A stretch of 64,000 nucleotides of DNA from a virus. Lineage: Duplodnaviria > Caudoviricetes. A program made the translations under genes and the position numbers. A model generated the notes under the pieces. It did no database searches. It was not told the DNA's origin and worked only from the letters and a program-made list of their open reading frames with translations. Location of the stretch: IMG/VR virus record IMGVR_UViG_3300032038_009890, positions 128,001 through 192,000 of that record. One strand, given 5' to 3'. Below, in pieces: positions 18,685 through 27,120 of this stretch (position 1 is its first letter; the number at the start of each line of letters is the position of its first letter).

Positions 18685-18750
18685 TGGGCGCAGAGGAATC
18701 GAACCTCCAAGGGCAGGGATTGCTCACTCCCCGCCCCGCACCAACAGCCC
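18685..18750 (-). ncRNA. tRNA-like minihelix element F
   Basis: GGGCTGT/GCGCCC acceptor-like stem, TGG loop, 10-bp arm, GGAGG TTCGATT CCTCT T arm. Confidence 0.6.
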
Positions 18751-18753
18751 TAC

Positions 18754-19086
18754 TTAGAACCGCTTAATCCTTACAGATGCGGCTTTGTATTTATTGAGAA
18801 TGTAGGCCTTGAAAGCTTTCATGTCCTCAGTACGGACTTCAAAACAGCCCCTGTAATCATACCGATGATAGCCCCCGCGGTTCAGCTTTTCACCGTCCCA
18901 CGTCCACACGTTGCACCGCGTCTTATCCAGAGATAAACGCGCCTGGGAGAAATCTTCGCTCCCCTCTGCTATTAGTTCGCCGTCGGTGGTGTATTCTTTG
19001 TAGGAATACTCCACTTGGGTCCACTGCCTTTTCTCGCCGAACCACTCATTGAGAATCTTCCCGTAGATTCGTACAGTATTGCTCAT
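18754..19086 (-). CDS. Hypothetical protein
   Basis: AGGAG RBS. Confidence 0.6.
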   Translation of the reverse strand: MSNTVRIYGKILNEWFGEKRQWTQVEYSYKEYTTDGELIAEGSEDFSQARLSLDKTRCNVWTWDGEKLNRGGYHRYDYRGCFEVRTEDMKAFKAYILNKYKAASVRIKRF

Positions 19087-19132
19087 AGTCTTACACTCCT
19101 GTTGTTTTGATGATGGCTTTTAAAAAACCGAA

Positions 19133-19176
19133 TGGGGAAGGGGGATTGAACCTCAGAAGAGCATCCACGCTCCCCC
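19133..19176 (-). ncRNA. tRNA-like minihelix element E (degenerate)
   Basis: GGGGGA/TTCCCC, GCG TGGA TGC, GAGG TTCAATC CCCC. Confidence 0.45.
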
Positions 19177-19184
19177 GGTTGTAG

Positions 19185-19652
19185 TTAGTTTTCCTCTAGA
19201 TAATCGCTGTTGAGTGCATCTGTGTTATAATATTCGACTATAGTCCGCTTGATTTCCTCAAACGGAGTGTAACGCCGGAACGTACAACTCCCGGCACAGT
19301 TACCATCTTCTTTGGAGAAGTCAATAACCATTTCTCCCTGAAGATTGTTAGCTTTATGGCGCAGTGCAGGCCACTGCGCTTCCGTCGGGCAAACACTGAT
19401 GTCAATCCCGAACGGGGAGAGACGGATGGCGCCCATATTCATATAGGCAATAAGACCCGCCCCATATGTTGCAGGCAGGTCCCCATCGTCGAAACAGTCC
19501 ACGATTTCCCGGTGGTCAATGTCTCGCATGTGACCATCGCTAGAGAAACGCAGGAGTTTCCCCTGGGTCGTAATGTATCCCGCCAGGTCAAGATTTGAGG
19601 TGACCCCGAACATCTCTTCTGCACGGGATTCGATTGCTGCGGTGTTTGTCAT
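19185..19652 (-). CDS. Hypothetical protein
   Basis: AGYITTQG..DHREI..MGAIR motifs; RBS present. Confidence 0.65.
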   Translation of the reverse strand: MTNTAAIESRAEEMFGVTSNLDLAGYITTQGKLLRFSSDGHMRDIDHREIVDCFDDGDLPATYGAGLIAYMNMGAIRLSPFGIDISVCPTEAQWPALRHKANNLQGEMVIDFSKEDGNCAGSCTFRRYTPFEEIKRTIVEYYNTDALNSDYLEEN

Positions 19653-19698
19653 GTTTATTCTTCCCCTTTCATGTCATCTTCACAGAGGAGAGGCCCTT

Positions 19699-20469
19699 TC
19701 AGGCCGCTTCCTCTCTCCACTCGGTTATCAATTCCTCCCGGAACGCCCACCCGGCCTTTACGGCTCGGACAGTACGCGCCCCGGACTTTGTCGCCAACAG
19801 CACCAGAACCACCAGGTACCCGGCGGCCTGGACTACTCCCCAGATGATGACGGGAGCGACGGCCACGACCATCTGGCGGACAGTCAGAGCCACCTGGCGG
19901 GTAATCATAGCCGCCTTGACAGCTACCCGGGAGATAGTCTTAGCCATTTTGATGGCTCCTCTCCCGGCCTTGACGAAACCACAGGAGACCACAACAGCCC
20001 CGCGGCCCAGGGAGGCAAACACCTGCACCAGAACGGCCAGAACAGGGAGAACCATCTCCCAGGTGACCTCTATGGCAGAGGTAGCGCCGTCCCAGATACA
20101 CAGGACAGACTCCCAGACCCTGGCAAGGATGTCGAGCGGATGCCAGACGGGAGCGGGAGTAGGATTGACGGCGGGGACAGGCTCCGCCACGGCGACGGGA
20201 GTAGATGCCCGCACTACTACAGGAGCGGGAACGACGGGGACAACGGGAGCGGGAACGGCCTCTTCCACTTCTACGGGAGCCTGGACAGACTCAGCGGGGC
20301 GGGCATCCTCAGCGGGAGCCTCTTCCACGGCTACGGGAGCGGCTTTCTCGAGCCACTCCAAGACGGTTTTGGGGGCAGTGGTGTACTTGCGGACGGTGCC
20401 GCTTTCATACGTCACCGTGTAGACACCTTCCAGGACCTCGACAGAAACGATGCTGACCTTCTTTGCCAT
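19699..20469 (-). CDS. Pro/Ala/Val-rich protein with a long hydrophobic C-terminal half
   Basis: GGAGG RBS before MAKKVS; low-complexity linker. Confidence 0.6.
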   Translation of the reverse strand: MAKKVSIVSVEVLEGVYTVTYESGTVRKYTTAPKTVLEWLEKAAPVAVEEAPAEDARPAESVQAPVEVEEAVPAPVVPVVPAPVVVRASTPVAVAEPVPAVNPTPAPVWHPLDILARVWESVLCIWDGATSAIEVTWEMVLPVLAVLVQVFASLGRGAVVVSCGFVKAGRGAIKMAKTISRVAVKAAMITRQVALTVRQMVVAVAPVIIWGVVQAAGYLVVLVLLATKSGARTVRAVKAGWAFREELITEWREEAA

Positions 20470-20515
20470 GATAATACCTCCATACGTTTTGAAATGTGTT
20501 TGTATAGCTACAAAA

Positions 20516-20563
20516 CAGGCGGGAGGGAATCGGACCCTCACTCTATGGCAACCATGCCGCCCG
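20516..20563 (-). ncRNA. tRNA-like minihelix element D
   Basis: CGGGCGG/CCGCCTG 7 bp, ATGG TTG CCAT, GAGGG TCCGATT CCCTC. Confidence 0.65.
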
Positions 20564-20651
20564 TGTGGTTCAATCGACGTCAAAATCCTCCGCCGGGAGT
20601 ACGTCCCCGGCGGGGATGTAGGGGGCCGCGTCGCTCTCACGACGGAAGCCC

Positions 20652-20945
20652 TTAGTAGGGGCGGGGGCCGATGAACTCGGTCTCCCACTCCCGATGGAGA
20701 TCGGCGAGAACGGCATTGAGGCGTTTTTCCACCTCTACGGGGAGGTCCCATTCTTCCCAGCCACTCTGGCGGATCTCCCACGCCCGGAAGTAGACAGCCT
20801 CACCAAAGTAGGCATCTACTTCGAAATCGTCGCCGTCGATCTCGATGAAACCGACGGGGACCTTGACAGAAACCTCCAGAGAGGTGGAGGTGCACTCGGG
20901 CAGAACAGACAGGATACGGGAAACGACATCGACAGTATTCATCAT
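20652..20945 (-). CDS. Hypothetical acidic protein
   Basis: GGAGG RBS. Confidence 0.6.
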   Translation of the reverse strand: MMNTVDVVSRILSVLPECTSTSLEVSVKVPVGFIEIDGDDFEVDAYFGEAVYFRAWEIRQSGWEEWDLPVEVEKRLNAVLADLHREWETEFIGPRPY

Positions 20946-21075
20946 AACTTAGCCCCTCCTCCGGGCTTTTGAGAAACAGGTTTTTAACAAGTACCTTCCC
21001 ACTCCAGACACTTTCAACAAAACAGACAGCGCAAGGCTTGCCCGTCCCGCTTATTCGTGCAAGTGTATCAGGAAA

Positions 21076-21124
21076 AAGCAGGGCGGGCGTCGAACCCGCA
21101 CCGGGAGCCTTTGCTCACCTGCTT
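21076..21124 (-). ncRNA. tRNA-like minihelix element C
   Basis: AAGCAGG/CCTGCTT 7 bp, GAGC AAAG GCTC, GCGGG TTCGACG CCCGC. Confidence 0.7.
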
Positions 21125-21245
21125 AGATCGTCACCGCTTGATTACCATAACGGTGATTTTGTACGCCAGACGGCGAGGAACACCCGCCGCCCGGAGCTTT
21201 GTATACAGGTTGTTGCGCTTTTCAATCATGACTCTCCCTCCCCTC

Positions 21246-21647
21246 TCAGTCAAGGAACCACTCAGCAGGAGCCACGATCTCAGGCTTCCCCGGGACGGGA
21301 GCGACGGTGCACGCCGTCGGTTCCTGATTTGCCGCGGGGAAGATACCCTCATGCCGGAGCAGGTCCCCAATGAGGGAGGGGTTTACATAGACGGGAGCGC
21401 CGATGATATGGGTCCAAACAAGGGTCCAATCGTCGGGAACACCCGCAGGGCGACAGCACCCGCCGTTCATGGTGGTCTCGAAAGACCACGTCCCGTCGGA
21501 GTTGAAAGCGAGCCACAGGGAGACGGACTGACAGCCATCGAATTCCCTGTCGGCGTTCTTTACGAAGCTGACAGCGTCGCGGACGATGCAATCAAAAAAG
21601 CGGGTGGTGGTGGCGTTGATGGTGGCGCTGGTGGTGATCTTTTTCAT
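21246..21647 (-). CDS. Hypothetical protein
   Basis: AGGAGG RBS before MKKITTS. Confidence 0.55.
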   Translation of the reverse strand: MKKITTSATINATTTRFFDCIVRDAVSFVKNADREFDGCQSVSLWLAFNSDGTWSFETTMNGGCCRPAGVPDDWTLVWTHIIGAPVYVNPSLIGDLLRHEGIFPAANQEPTACTVAPVPGKPEIVAPAEWFLD

Positions 21648-21689
21648 GATAATATCCTCCTGTTTTGAAAAGTGTTTTATAGTTACCAA

Positions 21690-21740
21690 ACCCGGCAGGG
21701 GAGTCGGACCCCTGTGAAGCATGCCGCCACGGCGCCGGGT
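21690..21740 (-). ncRNA. tRNA-like minihelix element B
   Basis: ACCCGGC/GCCGGGT 7 bp, GCCG TGG CGGC, AGGGG TCCGACT CCCCT. Confidence 0.7.
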
Positions 21741-21753
21741 AGTTGTCGCCTTT

Positions 21754-22656
21754 TCAGGCGGCAAAGCTTTTCTGTGCAAGAAGAACCTGCACAAGTTCTT
21801 CCCAACGGGGGTCTTTCGTTGGGTCGTATTTTCTGTCCCCGTGCTTAAGGAACAGGACATGCTTCAACCTACTACATGCAGTACAGCCCTTGCAGTGGTG
21901 CCGCTCCTCTTTCGGGATATCCTTCTGGTCAAGGGCGCACAGGCAAATGTGCGTCTCAATTCCCATATCTAGAAGCATCTGGCGGGCCGCCAAGATTTCA
22001 TCGATGGTGCCAAAGTTGTACTGGCCCCAAGGAAGAATTGACTCTACCATGTTAAAGTTTGGCAGGGCGTTTAATCGCTCCGCGATGGTTTCCTTGGTGT
22101 ACGCCCAGAAAGCGCACCCCGGGACACGGGAGATGATATTCTCCCACATGGAGACATAACGCGGGGAGAAGAAGTCCCCGGTTACATGGATACGGCAAAG
22201 CTTGGAACAGACGCGACTCCAGTGCTTTATCTCGCCATCTTTCAGGCGTTGTCCGCGTTTGCCGTAACGCGGGACAAGCTCGACTTCGCAGTTCCATCCG
22301 TCGCCCCACATGAGCTGGGCGACAATGGCGTTTTCCAGCCATTCCGGGTACTCCCGGGCGGCTTTTGTTCTCCAGGCAAGGGCGTCCTGGACAGCGGGGT
22401 CCAGATAATGCCCGGTCAGGCAGTAACCGCCCTTGCAGGTATGGGAGCAGGTGCCATGCATGGTGACTTGCTCGCCGTTCACATTGACAGTGTAGTCAAT
22501 GTCCCCGGGAAGCATCGACCATCCGGCCGCCCAGGTTTTTGAGCCGACCACAAGGGGAAGGGGGACCCACTCCCCCCACGGAGCGAGGATGTTTCCATCC
22601 ACGTTCATGGTAATGCCAAAGCCGTGGAAAAATTCCATCTTCGTAGTCCTTGCCAT
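21754..22656 (-). CDS. Gp88-like protein (Cys clusters, radical-SAM-like)
   Basis: TCSHTCKGGYC, RIHVTGDFFS, FWAYTK, C-terminal CKGCTAC..FLKH. Confidence 0.7.
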   Translation of the reverse strand: MARTTKMEFFHGFGITMNVDGNILAPWGEWVPLPLVVGSKTWAAGWSMLPGDIDYTVNVNGEQVTMHGTCSHTCKGGYCLTGHYLDPAVQDALAWRTKAAREYPEWLENAIVAQLMWGDGWNCEVELVPRYGKRGQRLKDGEIKHWSRVCSKLCRIHVTGDFFSPRYVSMWENIISRVPGCAFWAYTKETIAERLNALPNFNMVESILPWGQYNFGTIDEILAARQMLLDMGIETHICLCALDQKDIPKEERHHCKGCTACSRLKHVLFLKHGDRKYDPTKDPRWEELVQVLLAQKSFAA

Positions 22657-22716
22657 TTTTACGTCCTTTCCGCCCCGCCCCGCGGGGTCTTTGTAAAGCA
22701 GGTTTATAGTTCTCAA

Positions 22717-22802
22717 AGCAGGGGGAAGGAATCGAACCTTCCTCACGCGCTGTACAAGCCGCGTTTCCCGTCGGCGGTCGTTTTGTTGCACCGCCCCCTG
22801 CT
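22717..22802 (-). ncRNA. tRNA-like element A (cloverleaf-like)
   Basis: AGCAGGGG/CCCCTGCT, two internal arms, GAAGG TTCGATT CCTTC. Confidence 0.65.
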
Positions 22803-23766
22803 CTTGTTACTCGTTCGGCTAGGAATAGCCGCTTTCGCCCCGTCCATGGTGGCTACTCACGGTTCACTCCCTTCGGGGGAGTAGCGAATTACCTAGTTAT
22901 CGCGTTTTTGCAAGGGTATCACGGCGGGCGGTTAGTTATCGCCTATGGCCGCTTATACTTGCATCCACATAGGGAGAATCCATCCCCGTCTATTCAGTTT
23001 TCAAGGTTCATAGTGGCAGCCGCTTGCCTTGCAAGGTCCCCCCGTAAGGGCGGGGAGCTGTTTCGGCGGGCCGCCGTCACACCCCGGACACCGATACCGT
23101 TGTGTGTGTGTGTTTCTCAGGAGCTTTGCTCCCTCATCGGCGTAGCTAAACTATAGCATACGGGGCCGGGTGTACAAGAAAAAATTGCAGTTTTTTACCC
23201 CCCCCCGCATCCTGTACCTGATCCTGTATCTATCACGGGGTGTAACCCCCTATTTTCAGCGTTTTGCCCCAGATCCCCGCCAGGGGATCTGGTAGCTGTT
23301 ACACCTACACACCAACCTCTCATAAAATCCCGATACATTCATCCCCTCCCCACAAACCCCGGCCAGATCGGCCTTTCCATCGCATCCTTCCCACCCCCAA
23401 AAATATTTTACCCCTTTCATTTTCCCGGTCTCCGCCCGAAAATCCTGCACCCCTCCCCTCTTTTCAGCATATAATAGGCGCATTCTGCGCCTATACATAC
23501 AGGCCAAAATACAGCGCAGTTACATTTACAGGCGAATACTGTTGACTTTCCTTGCCTTTTCTCGTATAATAACGGATGGTGGAGGAGGCCCCGCATATAT
23601 AGGGGCCCCGCCAATAAGAAAGGAGAATCCACAATGATCTGCTTCGAAAACTGCTATCATTACTATCAAAGCGAGAATGGGAAATTCTGCGACATCTGGG
23701 GAGACTATGGCCCAACTACTCCCCCTACTTTAGTTTGCTATTTTGAGCCTGAAAAAGGAGATTCAA

Positions 23767-24171
23767 ATGCACAATAACCTAGAAATTTATTCTATGCAAG
23801 AACTCACAGAAAAATACTACAAAAGTTTAAAAAATGAAGCGTTAAAACTAGCCAAAAAGAAACAAGAATACATCAACGCCAAGATAAAAGTAATTAATTA
23901 TGACCTAAATGTAACATCCGAATTTGGCAGGTCTTACATCGAAATAGGCATAGAGGAATGGGCTTACCCTGCTGTCGTTGAGCCTTTTATTTCAAAAGGC
24001 TATGTAGTAAAAATCCTCTATCGCTATAAAGATACAGATGGAACTCGCTATATAGTACCTGACCAGAACAAAAACTACTGTACATGCTATAAATGCCGTA
24101 TCTACATTATTCCACCAAAAGAAAATTTTCTTCAGACACTAATAGAAAGGACAAAATATTTATGCAAATAA
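23767..24171 (+). CDS. Hypothetical protein, paralog family A
   Basis: YINAKIKVIN..IEEWA..GY..CxIYI shared with 24984 and 25785. Confidence 0.65.
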   Translation: MHNNLEIYSMQELTEKYYKSLKNEALKLAKKKQEYINAKIKVINYDLNVTSEFGRSYIEIGIEEWAYPAVVEPFISKGYVVKILYRYKDTDGTRYIVPDQNKNYCTCYKCRIYIIPPKENFLQTLIERTKYLCK

Positions 24172-24509
24172 CCTACTTCGAACTAAACAACTGGATGTCC
24201 GGCGAAGACTATCCTGCCCGTGAACCCTTCCTTACATGGATGTGGGATTATCATCCCATCTTCCTAGACGAACGCTATGTCAAAAAGCAGAAGCTCTGTG
24301 TTCTCGCCTGTGTAATAGACCAGTCCACTAACTACTGTATCACTGCGCCCACCTCATGGGTCGAGGCTCACTGCCCTACTCTGCTTGACGAGGATGCCAA
24401 CTTCCTGCGCTTCCCAGATAAGCATGGCTCAGTATATGGTAACTTCGGTCATGAATTCCTCCCCTACTCCGAGGAAAACATCGGCATAACTTGGCTTCCA
24501 GATGAATAA
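24162..24509 (+). CDS. Hypothetical protein
   Basis: AAAGGA RBS; YFELNNW. Confidence 0.6.
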   Translation: MQITYFELNNWMSGEDYPAREPFLTWMWDYHPIFLDERYVKKQKLCVLACVIDQSTNYCITAPTSWVEAHCPTLLDEDANFLRFPDKHGSVYGNFGHEFLPYSEENIGITWLPDE

Positions 24510-24545
24510 AGTGCCGTTTCCAACAGCACTAGAAAGGACAAAACT

Positions 24546-24794
24546 ATGTTATATATCCAAGCAAATACTACAAGCAACGGCAATCCCTATACAGTAATTC
24601 TTGCGCTAAAACCACTATTCCCTGACAGCTACTACAGACTCATTAAGGGCGAGGCCCTAAAACTCTACACTGTAGACGTCGAGAGCATATACTCTATCCA
24701 CGGAGATGAACTGCGCCTTGGCTCTATGATGCAGTTTGACACTTTCGGCACTCCCTCGCACACTATTGTCTCATTCACTAAACCACTGCCCTAA
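24546..24794 (+). CDS. Hypothetical protein
   Basis: AAAGGA RBS. Confidence 0.55.
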   Translation: MLYIQANTTSNGNPYTVILALKPLFPDSYYRLIKGEALKLYTVDVESIYSIHGDELRLGSMMQFDTFGTPSHTIVSFTKPLP

Positions 24795-24810
24795 AAAGGA
24801 GGGCCCCGCC

Positions 24811-24987
24811 ATGTCAAACACAGACTATATTTTTTGGCTCATAATGCTAGATTACTATATAAAATTATGCCAAAATCCAACTATAGTCACAGATACCATC
24901 CAACATACAGAATATCCAACCAGATATTATACAGAAGGATATAATCCCTACGACCAACTACCAAATCAGAAAGGAAGAATAATATGA
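24811..24987 (+). CDS. Small protein, paralog family B
   Basis: YIFWLIML..QNP..EYPTRYYTEG shared with 25557. Confidence 0.55.
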   Translation: MSNTDYIFWLIMLDYYIKLCQNPTIVTDTIQHTEYPTRYYTEGYNPYDQLPNQKGRII

Positions 24988-25316
24988 GCAAAACGAATAT
25001 TATCATGCCCGCCGTCGAGACCCGCAAAATTCTCGCCGAGGCTAAACAGCGCAAAACACAAGCTCTCGCGGAGTACGAACAGACTTATATTAACGAGAAA
25101 ATAGCTAAGATCAACTTTTTCATTCTTCGAGCCGCCGAAAACGGCTCTATCTATACTGTAGAAGACATCGAGAATTGGGCTACTAGTTATATCATTCCTC
25201 TTTTCGAAGTAGAAGGATACTATGTAGAAAAATTAAAAAATCTTGGCGGCTATAACTGGAGAACATGCCATACCTACTCTGAGTATTGTTTTTATATTAA
25301 CAAGCCCGTAGAATAA
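24984..25316 (+). CDS. Hypothetical protein, paralog family A
   Basis: YINEKIAKIN..DIENWA..EGYY. Confidence 0.65.
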   Translation: MSKTNIIMPAVETRKILAEAKQRKTQALAEYEQTYINEKIAKINFFILRAAENGSIYTVEDIENWATSYIIPLFEVEGYYVEKLKNLGGYNWRTCHTYSEYCFYINKPVE

Positions 25317-25344
25317 TAACAAGCAAAGCACGAGAGGAAATACC

Positions 25345-25548
25345 ATGCCAATTCAAATCTATCTTAATACTATATATCCAATAATTTCGCAGATCGCAGA
25401 TGCTCAAGAAGCAGGAGAAAGTCACTACACTATCAGTGTCCCAAGATGGGGCGAAGACTTTATGATCGCTTTTCTGTGCAATCTGAGCCTTCGTATACAA
25501 ATTTTAAGTCGCTCTAAATACGAAACAACTATGGATGTTCTATTTTAA
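25345..25548 (+). CDS. Hypothetical protein
   Basis: GAGG RBS; weak similarity to 26123-26335. Confidence 0.5.
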   Translation: MPIQIYLNTIYPIISQIADAQEAGESHYTISVPRWGEDFMIAFLCNLSLRIQILSRSKYETTMDVLF

Positions 25549-25556
25549 CGAGCGAA

Positions 25557-25754
25557 GTGAGCGAGGTAATTACTATGGAAGAAGCCTATGAGTACTTATA
25601 TTGGATTTTAATGTTATATCTTTACGTACAATCGCAACAGAATCCAATTACTTACGAACTAGAAAAATATCCAGAATACCCAACTACATATTTTACAGAA
25701 GACAAACCATTTAAAACCTATACAGAAGGAAGCAATCCTTGCGACATAATATAA
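25557..25754 (+). CDS. Small protein, paralog family B
   Basis: YLYWILML..QNP..EYPTTYFTE. Confidence 0.55.
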   Translation: MSEVITMEEAYEYLYWILMLYLYVQSQQNPITYELEKYPEYPTTYFTEDKPFKTYTEGSNPCDII

Positions 25755-25784
25755 ACTAAAAACTTAGAAAGGAGCATAAGACAT

Positions 25785-26117
25785 ATGAACGACCCTTATA
25801 TCATACCTGCAAACGAAATCCGCCAGATTTTTGTAAAAGCACAACAGCACAAAATAGAAGAAGAAATAATCCGCCGCCAGAAATACTTCCAAGATAAGAT
25901 AGATAATATCAACTCTTCTCTACAAGATGCGGCTCATGAAGGTATTGATATTATAGGTGAAGATATTGAAGAATGGGCCGCAGATGATATTCTGTCATTA
26001 TTAAAAAAGGCAGGATATTATACTGAAATATTTGATACTATGTACTACAAGAAAAGATGCTTTATCTATATCAACCCGCCGCAGACTAATGCCGAGCGAA
26101 ACGAGGAAGAGAAGTAA
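25785..26117 (+). CDS. Hypothetical protein, paralog family A
   Basis: YFQDKIDNIN..DIEEWA..AGYY..CFIYINP. Confidence 0.65.
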   Translation: MNDPYIIPANEIRQIFVKAQQHKIEEEIIRRQKYFQDKIDNINSSLQDAAHEGIDIIGEDIEEWAADDILSLLKKAGYYTEIFDTMYYKKRCFIYINPPQTNAERNEEEK

Positions 26118-26122
26118 TATTT

Positions 26123-26335
26123 ATGACTATGCCATATTCCCCGTTGCCGCAAGTAGTAGATGAAGTATGCGGCTTAATACTTAAAGCAAAAAACCACGGC
26201 GAAAAACATATAACGTACTGTGATAGAAAACCAAATATCATATTGTTATCCTATATATTAGATGCATTAGGATATAAAAATGATACTATGCCATTATGGG
26301 GAGACTTATATAGAATAACTATTAAGTGGACCTAA
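26123..26335 (+). CDS. Hypothetical protein
   Basis: ORF within the operon. Confidence 0.5.
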   Translation: MTMPYSPLPQVVDEVCGLILKAKNHGEKHITYCDRKPNIILLSYILDALGYKNDTMPLWGDLYRITIKWT

Positions 26336-26637
26336 TTTCAGCAAATACCGAGCGTAGCGAGGGAGGTGATGTAAAAAATGGGCGAAGAACACAAATATAT
26401 CTTTGATGGATTTGGAAGATTCGTAGAGAATCCTAAGTATATGTAGCTAGCGCTGATGAGAGGAAGTGGTTCCATTGGACTGAATAAATATCCCCCACAC
26501 ACGTAATATTGACAAATGACGAGCGTCAGCGAAGTCATTTTTCAATATTACAACAACGCCCCCTCTGAGGGGGCGGCGTAGGAGGGGTGACTTTATGCGA
26601 GAATTAAAAAAGAATAATATATCAGGAGGTATTATAA

Positions 26638-27099
26638 ATGAAAAATAGCAATGGTATTAACGAACCAAATGGTGTTTACGCAATAAAAAACATCAAAACA
26701 AACAGAATCTATATAGGAGAAAGCGTCCACGTGCTTGAGAGATGGCAATAGCATATATACGATCTTAGCTCCAGAAATCATTATAACCCACAACTTCAAG
26801 AAGATTATAATATCCACGGCATAGCAAGCCTTGAATTCAGAGTTTTAATTACTTACAAAGAATCTCCTCTAGATACATATGCCATGCTTAAGCCGTTCCT
26901 AATACTATCAGAGGCCAAAATCATAGACAATCTAAGATCACACGGCAAAAAACTATATAATATTGGAAATACACTAGAGAGATATCTCACCACAGAATAC
27001 GACGAATATGATATAAACAATAAAATTAAATCAAATTTAATATAGCTAATTAAGCACAATAACATCACAGATTACATAGAGAAATACAACATACAATAA
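26638..27099 (+). CDS. GIY-YIG endonuclease with two in-frame TAGs (absent from the ORF track)
   Basis: GGAGG RBS; GVYAIKN..IYIGES..RWQ*H..NHYNPQLQEDYN..LEFRVL; TAG at 26749 and 27043. Confidence 0.8.
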
Positions 27100-27120
27100 T
27101 ATAGAAAGTAGGCTATAATA

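Noticed and set aside
19573-20655. Long plus-strand ORFs in the left arm (360 aa here, 257 aa at 6064, 221 aa at 15544)
   Set aside because: They are antisense shadows of RBS-led minus-strand genes in GC-rich DNA, with no motifs.
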